64,000 nt of DNA from Desulfomonilia bacterium (GCA_050014195.1 JBEKDT010000003.1:128001-192000), one strand, 5' to 3'; shown: positions 33,330-42,772, counted from the stretch's first letter. The notes: a model not told the origin generated them from the sequence alone. Numbers and translations: made by a program.

Positions 33330-33413
33330 TCAGACAAGAAAACGTATGACATAATTATCAGGAAATTTCGTATTCCCAAACATTGATTTCTGTGTCATTA
33401 CTACAATTACAAC

Positions 33414-33504
33414 AAGTGTTGTTCTGACCTCCTTTACGCCAGAAGAGGGGACAAGTCCTCTCGTGCTTTGTCCTAAGACCTAAACTTCTTCTGGCTATTT
33501 TTTT
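33414..33504 (+). ncRNA. candidate sRNA with anti-SD seed and terminator hairpin
   Basis: TACAAT -10 at 33402; CTGACCTCCTTT; stem GCCAGAAGAG/TTCTTCTGGC enclosing GGACAA/TTGTCC; then a TATTTTTTT tract; ends approximate. Confidence 0.6.
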
Positions 33505-33559
33505 GTTTAAAATCAGGCATCAGATGAAATTACATATCCAACAAAGATACGTCCACATT

Positions 33560-33588
33560 GCATGGGCTGTGTATGGGGCAGCCCATGC
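33560..33588. repeat. perfect 10-bp inverted repeat
   Basis: GCATGGGCTG...CAGCCCATGC. Confidence 0.7.
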
Positions 33589-33758
33589 GTGACTTTGAGT
33601 ACCTGCCTTCGATCTAACAATATCATTTTCCTAGATGGGCTATTTTAAAATAGAACCTCACAGTTAATATAAAGCAAAGAAGTTATTTAACCTGTGGAGA
33701 CTTAATACTTGGATGGAATACACCTGCGTGCTACAATGATTGTGCAAAGGAGTTATCA

Positions 33759-34508
33759 ATGCCTGATCCGGATCTGAATGGTATTCCCCTCGAAGCTGCT
33801 TCTGACTTTCGGCCTTTTACGGAAGCACTTATTGCAAAATTCTCCACCAGCCTCCTGTCGATCTCTGTCGTTGGCAGCTGCCTGACAGGCGACTACATTC
33901 ACGGAATATCAGACATCAATTCCGTGCTTGTGCTCACCAAAACCGACGTTCCCGAACTCGAAATCCTCGCATCTCTGTCGTACTATAAAAAGAAGCATAT
34001 CAGGAGCCCTCTCATTCTGACCGAAGATTACATCACCTGCTCACTCGATGTCTTTCCCATTGAATTTCTAGACATCAAGCTTTTTCACAAGACGGTTCAT
34101 GGTCGTGACCACTTTGCCGACCTCACAATAGACAAGGCTCAACTACGCCTTCAGTGCGAGCGCGATCTCAAGGGCAAGCTCATTCATCTGCAGCGAGGCT
34201 ACGTGGCCTGCAAGGGTAAGCCAAAAATGCTCAAGGTCCTGCTCTTTGAGGCATTGCCCGGATTTTTCCCTTTGCTGAGGGCCATGCTGTACCTCGTCCA
34301 GAGCCAGGAACCTCCGGTACGGAAGGCGGACGTATTAACACAGGCGGAAGAGGCCTTCCATGTAGCCTTATCAGTCCTTCGCGAGATTATCACCTTGAAG
34401 ACGAGCAGGGGATTTTTTCTCGATCGCGACCATATATCGAGCCTCTTTAAAGAAATCTACAGGATCACCTATGATCTCTCTGTGGCAACAGATGAACTGG
34501 CTGTTTAA
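33759..34508 (+). CDS. nucleotidyltransferase-like protein
   Basis: VVGSCLTGDYIHGISDIN (GS..SD); SLDVFPIEFLDIK; LRLQCERDLKGK. Confidence 0.75.
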   Translation: MPDPDLNGIPLEAASDFRPFTEALIAKFSTSLLSISVVGSCLTGDYIHGISDINSVLVLTKTDVPELEILASLSYYKKKHIRSPLILTEDYITCSLDVFPIEFLDIKLFHKTVHGRDHFADLTIDKAQLRLQCERDLKGKLIHLQRGYVACKGKPKMLKVLLFEALPGFFPLLRAMLYLVQSQEPPVRKADVLTQAEEAFHVALSVLREIITLKTSRGFFLDRDHISSLFKEIYRITYDLSVATDELAV

Positions 34509-35247
34509 GTTCTTCCTCCTTGCATGCATACTCTTTCCCCTCGTTGCCGATGCGGCGATTGAGCAGCCTGCATCATACGTGGTCGATAATGCCGGTATTA
34601 TTGAAGAGGGCGCCAGGACAAGGCTGGCCGGGTTACTTCAGGAGTTGGAGCAGAAGACGACTGTCCAGATGATTGTCCTTACGGTCCCCAGCACGGAAGG
34701 CATCCCCATAGAGCAATTCACCATCCAACAGGCTCAGCTGTGGGGTTTGGGTCAGAAAGGAAAGGACAATGGCCTGCTCATGGTCATTGCCGTGAATGAC
34801 AGGAAATACCGATTCGAAACAGGGTACGGTTTGGAGCAAATTTTGCCCGACAGCCTGCTGGGGAGCATCGGAAGAACGTATCTCGTCCCGGCATTCAAGG
34901 CGAGTGATTATTCAAAAGGGGTCATAGATACTACATCCGTTATCGCACGCACCATTGCCGATGCCCAAGGCGTGAAACTCAGCGGACTGCCTGAGGTGAA
35001 GCAGCCGGCAAGGAGCGCTAGAGGCCTGCCTGGAGGGGCGTTGCTCGGATTTATCATCTTCGTTACCATACTCTCATTATTATCTCGTTCCCGTTCCGGG
35101 GGCCTCATGCAGGCGATTCTCATCGGGACACTCTTAGGTGGCGGCCGCGGGGGATCAGGCGGCGGCTTCGGCGGGGGAGGGTTCGGCTCTTTCGGCGGCG
35201 GGGGAGGCGGTGGGTTCGGCGGAGGAGGGGCATCAGGCGGGTGGTGA
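34492..35247 (+). CDS. TPM domain-containing protein
   Basis: YVVDNAGII, WGLGQKGKDNGLL, ETGYGLE.LPD; Gly-rich tail GGGGASGGW. Confidence 0.92.
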   Translation: MNWLFKFFLLACILFPLVADAAIEQPASYVVDNAGIIEEGARTRLAGLLQELEQKTTVQMIVLTVPSTEGIPIEQFTIQQAQLWGLGQKGKDNGLLMVIAVNDRKYRFETGYGLEQILPDSLLGSIGRTYLVPAFKASDYSKGVIDTTSVIARTIADAQGVKLSGLPEVKQPARSARGLPGGALLGFIIFVTILSLLSRSRSGGLMQAILIGTLLGGGRGGSGGGFGGGGFGSFGGGGGGGFGGGGASGGW

Positions 35248-35350
35248 ATCATCGTATTCCAATCAGCAGGGAAGATTCCATGTGGCTGCTACTCTTTATC
35301 AACCGTTTCGTGTATAAACGCATCAAGCGCGTGAACAAATAGGAGGTTAT

Positions 35351-35914
35351 ATGGGCAAGACCGCTCAGGTGATCATCGGGATCGTTGTCATTCTTATCCT
35401 TATCGCAGGTTTTTCCATATCAGGGTTTAACAAGGCCCGCCGCATGAATGAGGCGGTAACTGCGCAGTGGGCACAGGTGGAAAACCAGCTTAAGCGCCGT
35501 TTTGATCTCATCCCAAACCTGGTGGAGACGGTCAAGGGTTTTGCCACTCAGGAAAAAACTATATTCTTAGGGATCGCTGAGGCCAGGAAGGCCTATTTTT
35601 CCGCCCAGGATGTGGCAGGAAAGGCCAAGGCTGCAGGTGATGTAGAGCAGGCCCTCTCCAGGCTGCTGCTGCTTCAGGAGCGTTACCCGGAGCTCAAATC
35701 CAATGAGAACTTCATGAAGCTCCAAGACTCTCTCGAGGGGACAGAGAACCGCATCTCCGTAGAACGCAAACGCTACAATGACCTGGTCCGTGAGCTCAAT
35801 TCCTATGTAAAGACCTTCCCCGGAATATTCTTCGCTTCATTGGCCGGTGTGAAAGAGGCCCAGTACTTCAACGTGCCGGAAAAGGAGAAGCAAACCCCTC
35901 AAGTGAAGTTCTAA
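35351..35914 (+). CDS. lemA: LemA family protein
   Basis: WAQVENQLKRRFDLIPNLVETVKG, ERYPELKSN, EGTENRI.VER.RYN. Confidence 0.95.
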   Translation: MGKTAQVIIGIVVILILIAGFSISGFNKARRMNEAVTAQWAQVENQLKRRFDLIPNLVETVKGFATQEKTIFLGIAEARKAYFSAQDVAGKAKAAGDVEQALSRLLLLQERYPELKSNENFMKLQDSLEGTENRISVERKRYNDLVRELNSYVKTFPGIFFASLAGVKEAQYFNVPEKEKQTPQVKF

Positions 35915-37776
35915 GGACTTGAGATCTCACGTAAAAACCCCGACGGCATCTGATATGTTTCCCTACCGTACAGCGCCCTCACGCGTGACCATGATAGGAC
36001 AACATGCCTGCGAGCCCTGGTGATGCCTACATACAGGAGACGCCTCTCTTCCTCGATATTCTCTGCAGTGTCAAAAGACCTTGAATGGGGCAGCAGCCCC
36101 TCTTCACACCCGACGATGAAGACATAGTCAAACTCAAGACCCTTGGACATATGCAATGTCATGACACTGACCGTTTCACCTCCTGATGCGTCCATGGTTG
36201 TCATCAGGGCCTTTTCCTGGAGATAGGAGCTCAAGTCTTTTGAATCTGCAGCGCTTGCAATGAGCTCCCGGACGTTCATGAGCCTGTCCTGGCCATCCAT
36301 TTCCTGAGAAAGGTACTCCTTATAACCTGTATCCTCCACGATCCTATGCAGCAACTCCGCCACATCAACATCAGTATTCAGGCGTTTGAAATCTTCTATC
36401 ATAGTAAGGAAAGCCTGGGCACCCCTGGTTGCAGTACCTTTAAGCACCTTCCCTGATACGGCCTGCTCCAGGGCATTATAGGCCGGTATTCCCCTCTTTC
36501 GGGAAAGGCCGAATACAGACTCTAGACTCTTGTCTCCCATTCCCCTTGCCGGGATGTTGATGATCCTTGCAAAGGCCTCCCCATCAGCCGGGTTTGCGAT
36601 GAGGCGCAAATAGGCAAGCAGGTCTTTGATCTCTCTGCGTTCGTAGAACCTTATTCCTCCATAGACGGCATAGGGGATTGCGTGCCTTACAAAGGCCTCT
36701 TCCAGCACCCTGGAGAGGGCATTGACCCGATAGAACACCCCGATCTCGGAAGGATTAATCCCTTGATCGATAAGGCGTGAGATGTTGTATGCCGTGTGGA
36801 GTGCCTCCTCGGTATCATCACTATACTCCATTATGCTCACATCACTGCCGGGTCCGCATGCAGACCGTAATGTCTTGGGTGCCCGGTAGCGGTTGTTGGC
36901 AATAAGTGAAGAAGCCGCTTTCAGGATATCTTCAGTGGAGCGGTAGTTCTGCTCAAGCGTCACGACATCAGTATCCGGGAAGTCGTCCTTGAAGCGCAGG
37001 ATGTTCCCGACATCCGCGCCCCTCCAGCCGTAAATTGACTGGTCGTCATCACCCACTACGCATATGTTCCTGCCCGGGCCTACCAGATGCATGAGGAGCT
37101 TATATTGGGCCATGTTGGTGTCCTGGTACTCATCTACCAGGATATGGGTGAAGCGCTTATGATAGCGCTCCTTAAGGTCCGGCATGGAGGAAAGCATCCG
37201 ACCCGGGAGAAAGATGAGGTCGGCGAAATCGAAGGCGCCGGAGGCCTGTTTTTTCTGCTCATAGAGGGTTATCACCTCTCCAGGGTCCAGATGAAGATCA
37301 AAGGGGATCTCATCGATGCGCCGCAGTGTGTCCTTGCTCATATTGATGAGCCAGGCAATGCGTGCATCCCATCCCCTTTCTCTCTCGATGTTCAATTCCT
37401 TGAGGCACCTACTGATGAGCGAGCGCTGGTCAGCCTCATCGTATATAACAAACGTGGCCGGATACCCTATGCGGTGTGCTTCGCGGCGCAACATCCATGC
37501 GCCGAAGGCATGGAATGTCCCTGCCCAGACCGCGATGTCATGCTTACCCAGAAGGAACCGCAGCCGTTCCTTCATCTCGCCTGCAGCCTTGTTGGTAAAG
37601 GTGAGACAGAGGATCTGGTTTGCATCCACACCTTGTGAGATAAGGTGTGCAACCCGGTGGACAATGACCCTTGTCTTGCCGGAACCGGCGCCTGCAAAGA
37701 TGAGCAGCGGCCCGTCCTCATGCCGGACGGCACGTGCCTGCTCAGGGTTCAGGCCGTCGAGAAGGCGCGCCGGCAT
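35911..37776 (-). CDS. ATP-dependent DNA helicase UvrD/PcrA
   Basis: AGAGSGKT, TFTNKAA, VDEYQDTN, GDDDQSIY, QNYRST, SKGLEF, EEERRL. Confidence 0.95.
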   Translation of the reverse strand: MPARLLDGLNPEQARAVRHEDGPLLIFAGAGSGKTRVIVHRVAHLISQGVDANQILCLTFTNKAAGEMKERLRFLLGKHDIAVWAGTFHAFGAWMLRREAHRIGYPATFVIYDEADQRSLISRCLKELNIERERGWDARIAWLINMSKDTLRRIDEIPFDLHLDPGEVITLYEQKKQASGAFDFADLIFLPGRMLSSMPDLKERYHKRFTHILVDEYQDTNMAQYKLLMHLVGPGRNICVVGDDDQSIYGWRGADVGNILRFKDDFPDTDVVTLEQNYRSTEDILKAASSLIANNRYRAPKTLRSACGPGSDVSIMEYSDDTEEALHTAYNISRLIDQGINPSEIGVFYRVNALSRVLEEAFVRHAIPYAVYGGIRFYERREIKDLLAYLRLIANPADGEAFARIINIPARGMGDKSLESVFGLSRKRGIPAYNALEQAVSGKVLKGTATRGAQAFLTMIEDFKRLNTDVDVAELLHRIVEDTGYKEYLSQEMDGQDRLMNVRELIASAADSKDLSSYLQEKALMTTMDASGGETVSVMTLHMSKGLEFDYVFIVGCEEGLLPHSRSFDTAENIEEERRLLYVGITRARRHVVLSWSRVRALYGRETYQMPSGFLREISSP

Positions 37777-39020
37777 CAGGTCCCCTCGAAGGTTATCTTG
37801 TCACCCTCGCTGAAGGGTTTGCGGATGAGTTCCCCCGTGAGCGGGACGAAGGAGGTTTTCAGGGAAAATACCTGGTTCGGCCTGATGCGATCCACTGGGA
37901 GTCCCTCGCATAAGGCACCCTTCAGCGTGAAAGTCTGCCTATCACCGGACGCTGCAAGCCATTCGAGCTCCATCCCTGCAATCAGCGGATTGCGGGCCTC
38001 CATGAGGGTCATATCGCCCTGTATGCCGATCACTTTTGCTGCAAGATGGTGAGTCTGATCGTAACCCTTAAAGTCATACTTGATGCCGTTATGGTCCGGG
38101 ACGTCTGTAAAGAACCCGGTAAAGTACTCCCGGTTGCTGACCCTGCCTATCTCCTCGATCCATTCTTGTTTTACAGAGTAACCATGGGGGTCCATCAGGT
38201 ATTCATCCCTGGCTATTTTATAAACGGACACTATTGTTGCAACATACAAGGGCGCCTTGTTCCTGCCCTCGATCTTGAGTCCGTCCAGACCCAGGGCCAT
38301 CACCCTATCGAATACGGGTAACAGGCAAAGGTCTTTGGAGTTGTAGAGAGAGGTGAACCCGTCATCTTCTCTGACCCGCATGTATTGGTCTTTTCGAGTT
38401 CGCTCCAAAAGGGCATAGTCCCATCTGCATGGCTGGGTACACTGGCCTTGGTTAGCGCCGCGACCGCACAGATAGTCGCTGATAAGGCATCTTCCGGAGA
38501 TGGATATGCACACACTGCCATGGATGAAGATCTCGAGTTCAATGTTTGACTTTGCCCTGATGAATGCAATCTCTTTCATAGAAAGCTCTCGGGCCAGGAT
38601 TACCCTGCTCACCCCGAGGGCCGCCCAGGCATTGACAGTCCGCGAGCTCACGGTATTGGCCTGGGTGCTCAGATGGATGGGCAGTAAGGGGGCCGTTCGT
38701 TTAACCAACGACAACACCCCGATATCCGAGACGATAACTGCATCGATATTGGCCTCTTGCGCCGCAAAGCGGACCAGGCCGGGGAGCCCCTCATACTGCT
38801 GATCATGGGGATATGTGTTCAGCGTCAGGTAGACCTTCACCCCTTTTGTATGGGCAAAGTTCACAGCGTCTCTGAGCTCTTCTGGCGAGAAGTTCTTGGC
38901 AAAGGCCCTCAGACTTGTATCTCCACGCAGGCCCATATACACGGCATCGGCCCCGTAGAGGCAAGCGGTCTGCAGGGTCTCCATACTGCCTGCAGGGGCA
39001 AGGATCTCGGGTCTATTCAT
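37776..39020 (-). CDS. U32 family protein (TrhP-like Fe-S RNA hydroxylation)
   Basis: EILAPAGS, HLSTQAN, LAREL, HGSVCISISGRC, NQGQCTQPCR, KIEGR. Confidence 0.9.
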   Translation of the reverse strand: MNRPEILAPAGSMETLQTACLYGADAVYMGLRGDTSLRAFAKNFSPEELRDAVNFAHTKGVKVYLTLNTYPHDQQYEGLPGLVRFAAQEANIDAVIVSDIGVLSLVKRTAPLLPIHLSTQANTVSSRTVNAWAALGVSRVILARELSMKEIAFIRAKSNIELEIFIHGSVCISISGRCLISDYLCGRGANQGQCTQPCRWDYALLERTRKDQYMRVREDDGFTSLYNSKDLCLLPVFDRVMALGLDGLKIEGRNKAPLYVATIVSVYKIARDEYLMDPHGYSVKQEWIEEIGRVSNREYFTGFFTDVPDHNGIKYDFKGYDQTHHLAAKVIGIQGDMTLMEARNPLIAGMELEWLAASGDRQTFTLKGALCEGLPVDRIRPNQVFSLKTSFVPLTGELIRKPFSEGDKITFEGT

Positions 39021-39153
39021 GGCATAAAAGGCTATAGCGCAACAGGGCATCTTATACAAGGCTTCAAACACCTCCGGAGGCCTGCCGAGGCTGATTTTAC
39101 CTTGCCATTTTCTCCTTGACTAGAGATGGCCGGGCGGTTAATTAAGGCCCAAT

Positions 39154-39226
39154 GCCCCCGTAGCTCAGTGGATAGAGCACAGGATTCCTAATCCTGGTGT
39201 CGCAAGTTCGATCCTTGCCGGGGGCA
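39154..39226 (+). tRNA. tRNA-Arg(CCT)
   Basis: GCCCCCG acceptor stem; CAGGA-TTCCTAA-TCCTG anticodon arm; GTTCGAT T-loop; CCA not encoded. Confidence 0.95.
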
Positions 39227-39330
39227 TGCTTCGTGTTGATGTAATATAGCAAATGGAATGGTGCGAATGAAAGAAGGGTGCCCTTTTAAAAAGACCTATG
39301 CCCCTGTGTCGGCGAGGGTATGACAAGTCT

Positions 39331-40179
39331 TCATTTAAGGAGGATCTTGGATTCCAAACGCTCAATGAAGCCGTCTTTCTCGAGGCTTGAAAAGATCTTT
39401 CCAGCGCGCCCAGGCTCGATGCCCATAATGGAAATGAGATCCTGTTCTTCCATGGTCCCTTGTGCAAGGAGCTGTTTGATGATGGCTCCCCTGACCTGCC
39501 GGTCCGAGCCCGCAAACGGTGCCTGCTTTGTATAGTGTGCACTCTTCTGGTTGGGGTTTGCCCCCTGTTTCTTGAGCATGGCGCCATAATCCATGAGGGC
39601 ATAGTACCAGTGCCTGGGGTTGCCATGATCTAATGTTGCCTCAACAAGAGGCAGTATCTCGCTATCCTTGATATCAATTCTGTCTTTGAAGAAATAGTAG
39701 ATGTAGGCCCGTCTGATGTTGGTCTCGATGAATACAACAGGTTTGTTAAAGGCAAAGGCCAGTATGGCCCCGGCCGTGGCTTTGCCGATGCCGGGTAAGC
39801 GGATTAGCTCGCAGAATGTTTCGGGGAGCCTGTCATGGTGACGGGCCATGACCTCTTCTGCAGTCTTTTTCAGATGCATGACCCTCCGGTTGTAGCCAAG
39901 CCCCTGCCAGGCAGCGAGCACATCCTTCAGGCCTGCATGGGAGAGTGTTTGAAAATCCGGGAATCTTGCAATGAAAGGACCATACTTAAGCAGGACACGT
40001 TTCGTCTGCGTCTGCTGGAGCATGAATTCCGAGACGAGTATGCAATAAGGATCAACCGTATCCCGCCACGGCATACCCCTTTTGTTCTCATTATAATAGC
40101 ACGTTATCTGTTGTTGAAAGGTATTGATACGCTTGCGGGATAGTCTTTTATCAGGAATTGCGTTGTAAGGTGCAGTCAT
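39331..40179 (-). CDS. short MutY-like HhH-GPD adenine glycosylase
   Basis: MPWR...PY.ILVSEFMLQQTQ, WQGLGYNRR, LPGIGKATA, ALMDYG. Confidence 0.85.
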   Translation of the reverse strand: MTAPYNAIPDKRLSRKRINTFQQQITCYYNENKRGMPWRDTVDPYCILVSEFMLQQTQTKRVLLKYGPFIARFPDFQTLSHAGLKDVLAAWQGLGYNRRVMHLKKTAEEVMARHHDRLPETFCELIRLPGIGKATAGAILAFAFNKPVVFIETNIRRAYIYYFFKDRIDIKDSEILPLVEATLDHGNPRHWYYALMDYGAMLKKQGANPNQKSAHYTKQAPFAGSDRQVRGAIIKQLLAQGTMEEQDLISIMGIEPGRAGKIFSSLEKDGFIERLESKILLK

Positions 40180-40375
40180 AGTCGTGAGAGAATTATATTA
40201 TACATACCACAGTCTTCCATATCAAGTCACGGTTCTCTCCAAGAACTGCCAGCCTTAAAAAGAATTTCATCCTTCTTACTCTCGTGGGTAAATATCCCTC
40301 TCGCGTGCTCCTCAATGATCCGAGTTTGCTTTACTGGGATGAACGGAAAATAGGCTCTGTCCCTACTTCCCCAAC

Positions 40376-40407
40376 AAAAAAAGCCCAGCATTACGCTGGG
40401 CTTTTTG
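40376..40407 (-). terminator. intrinsic terminator downstream of pilin
   Basis: AAAAAAAGCCCAGC-ATTAC-GCTGGGCTTTTT. Confidence 0.85.
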
Positions 40408-40427
40408 TTCATGATCAAATGAACTTG

Positions 40428-40895
40428 TTACTGTTTTGGAATAAACCCCGGAGGAAGCGTATCTGTTCCAGCCGGATTCCATAAACCACGTACCCCCTGT
40501 TCCACCCTTAAAGTGAGTACTTTTCCGACCCAAGTAGCGTCTATTACGTTTTTAAATGTAACTTTAATATCTACTCCAGGATTACCATCGGCACAGACAA
40601 CCGGTGTTATTGTACATGGATCTTGAACATAGGTCGCGGGGAGAGTTATACCAAGGGATGTCTGGATCATCGCTAAGGTCGTGGCTGTTGGATATACAGC
40701 CTGCGAATTGTATAACTCTATACAAGAATTACCTATGGCTCCCATAGAATGCGTCACCTCTGTCAGCCTTGCCTTTTTCGTGTAGTTGGAATACGCAGGG
40801 ATTGCGATGGCCGCCAGGATACCGATGATCGCCACGACGATCATCAACTCGATCAAGGTAAAACCTTTTTTGTCTGTCCTGAACATTTTTAACAT
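40428..40895 (-). CDS. pilA: type IVa major pilin
   Basis: KKG|[22 protein letters not shown] prepilin site; AGGAGG RBS upstream of MLKMF. Confidence 0.92.
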   Translation of the reverse strand: MLKMFRTDKKGFTLIELMIVVAIIGILAAIAIPAYSNYTKKARLTEVTHSMGAIGNSCIELYNSQAVYPTATTLAMIQTSLGITLPATYVQDPCTITPVVCADGNPGVDIKVTFKNVIDATWVGKVLTLRVEQGVRGLWNPAGTDTLPPGFIPKQ

Positions 40896-41251
40896 TGCCT
40901 CATTCCTCCTTGGTTTGTGGAATTGCTTAAATGTATAAAATAAGCCTTGGCGCCCTGTGGCCTGATCGATAAAATCACATAATTCATCAATATTCATTGT
41001 CACAATATATATACGGATATTTTTTAAAATACTTTAAGGGTATTTTTTCATGTGAATTTGTAATCATCCGGGGTTCAGGCGGGTTCGTGATGAAAGAGGA
41101 GAACCACCATGGATACCTCCTTCCTAGAGCAATATCATTACATAATTATCAATTATAAGAGTGAAAATTTATGCTGCCTATATACTCTCTACTTCGGTTG
41201 TACACAATACTCATTTGCGGCTTGTAGCTCTTTAAGACACCAACATACTGC

Positions 41252-41971
41252 TTAGTCCTGCTCCTCCTGGACCTTCACATAGAGGATCCTCTGGCATGCG
41301 GGGCAGGTAATCAATCTGTCGCCGCGGATGAGCTCGTTGAAGAGCTGAGGCTGGATGTGCATATGGCAGCCCCTGCAAACCCCTTCAAAACACTCCACCA
41401 CGGCAAGGCCCTTCTTGCTCTGCTTGATGCGGTCGTACTTTATGAGCAGCGATTTGTCAACGATCTTGCGTAGGCGGCCGTCCTTTCCCTTATATTCGGC
41501 CAGTATGGCCTCAAGCTCTTTCATCTGGGCAGTAATCTTGTTCTTCTTCACATCAAGGATCACCTTGTCGGTCTCAAATGAGTTCCTTATCCTCTCCCGG
41601 TCGGCTGCCTTCTTTTCTATCTTTTCCATGATGGCAAGGACCTGCTCCTCAATATCGGCCTTCCTCTTCTTTGCAAGGTCTATTTCCCGCTGCAGGGCAA
41701 GATATTCTTTGTTGGTCTTGATCCTCTTAATCCTGGCATCCGCCGCATCAAGGAGGGCCTGGTTTTCCTTCAGTTCCGCTTCAAGCGGTGTCTTTCTCTC
41801 CTCATAGGATGCAATCTCATCATCCACTGCATCCAAGGATTTCTTCCGGGCGCTTATAATGCTCTCGATCTCGGAGACCTCCTTGGGGAGTTCCCGTAAA
41901 CCTTCGTCAGCCTTGAATATCTCAAGTTCCACATTCTGTAGTGCGATCAGATCTTCCAGTAAATCCTTCAA
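41252..41971 (-). CDS. coiled-coil C4 zinc-ribbon protein (DUF164/HP0958-like)
   Basis: TNKEYLALQREI; CRGCHM...CPACQRILY. Confidence 0.9.
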   Translation of the reverse strand: MKDLLEDLIALQNVELEIFKADEGLRELPKEVSEIESIISARKKSLDAVDDEIASYEERKTPLEAELKENQALLDAADARIKRIKTNKEYLALQREIDLAKKRKADIEEQVLAIMEKIEKKAADRERIRNSFETDKVILDVKKNKITAQMKELEAILAEYKGKDGRLRKIVDKSLLIKYDRIKQSKKGLAVVECFEGVCRGCHMHIQPQLFNELIRGDRLITCPACQRILYVKVQEEQD

Positions 41972-41983
41972 CCTTTACTCTCC

Positions 41984-42733
41984 TTAGTTGTTATAGAGGG
42001 AAAAAATATCCCTGCCCTGGTAGGCATGGACTGCTATTCCCTTCAGCTCGTGTTTGAGCCTTTCTGTAAGGGGCTTAATAATAATCTCCTCTGATCCGAA
42101 GTGACCGAGGTCCAGCACATTCATGCTCGACTCTCTTGCATCGAGCCCAGCATGGTAGCGAACATCCCCGGTTACAAACGTGTCGCACCCCATTTCCCGG
42201 GCCTGTTGCCAGTAATCCATGCCGCTCCCCGGGCAAACGCCGACCATAAGCACATCCCTACCCGCATCGATGAGACGTGCACTCTTAACAGGCAATGTAT
42301 GAACCCAACCACCAAGGGGTGTCGGCATCTTAATGGACCCTACGCGCAAAGCCCCATAGTTACTTATGTCATGCAGCCCAAGCATTTTAGCAAGCTCATC
42401 AGCAACACCCCCTGGTGCTTTATCAAGATTGGTGTGCATGCTGACCAGGTTGATCCGTGCCTCAAGAAGCATCGCGATCTTCTTTGCGATCATATCCTTA
42501 AGATCTATGCGGGAGATGGGCTTAAAAATGAGGGGATGGTGTGTGAGGATGAGATCCATACCCGTTTCCCTGGCAGCCTCGATAACCTCTAGGGTCGGGT
42601 CCAGGGCTACAAGTACTGATTTGATCTCGCTGCATGGGTCCCCGACCATAAGGCCCACATTGTCCCACTCCTCCGCGGCCTCGAAGGGTGCTATCGTATC
42701 AAGCACTATCATCACCTCTTTGAGCATCATCAT
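41984..42733 (-). CDS. Nif3-like dinuclear metal centre protein
   Basis: AEEWDNVGL, THHPLIF, HTNLD, TGDVRYH, GHFGSE. Confidence 0.93.
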   Translation of the reverse strand: MMMLKEVMIVLDTIAPFEAAEEWDNVGLMVGDPCSEIKSVLVALDPTLEVIEAARETGMDLILTHHPLIFKPISRIDLKDMIAKKIAMLLEARINLVSMHTNLDKAPGGVADELAKMLGLHDISNYGALRVGSIKMPTPLGGWVHTLPVKSARLIDAGRDVLMVGVCPGSGMDYWQQAREMGCDTFVTGDVRYHAGLDARESSMNVLDLGHFGSEEIIIKPLTERLKHELKGIAVHAYQGRDIFSLYNN

Positions 42734-42741
42734 GAATGAAT

Positions 42742-42772
42742 AAAAAAGGGATGCTTTGATAGCACCCCTTTT
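42742..42772 (-). terminator. intrinsic terminator after tRNA
   Basis: Minus strand GGGGTGCT-ATCAA-AGCATCCC-TTTTTT. Confidence 0.65.

Noticed and set aside
35130-35247. GGC-rich repeat and antisense Pro-rich ORF (34908-35252)
   Set aside because: It encodes the normal Gly-rich tail of TPM proteins; not an independent repeat.
40896-41003. N-terminal extension of pilin in the ORF track (similar extensions at 8644-8799, 39021-39071 and 44737-44850)
   Set aside because: RBS position and/or family N-termini indicate the downstream starts.
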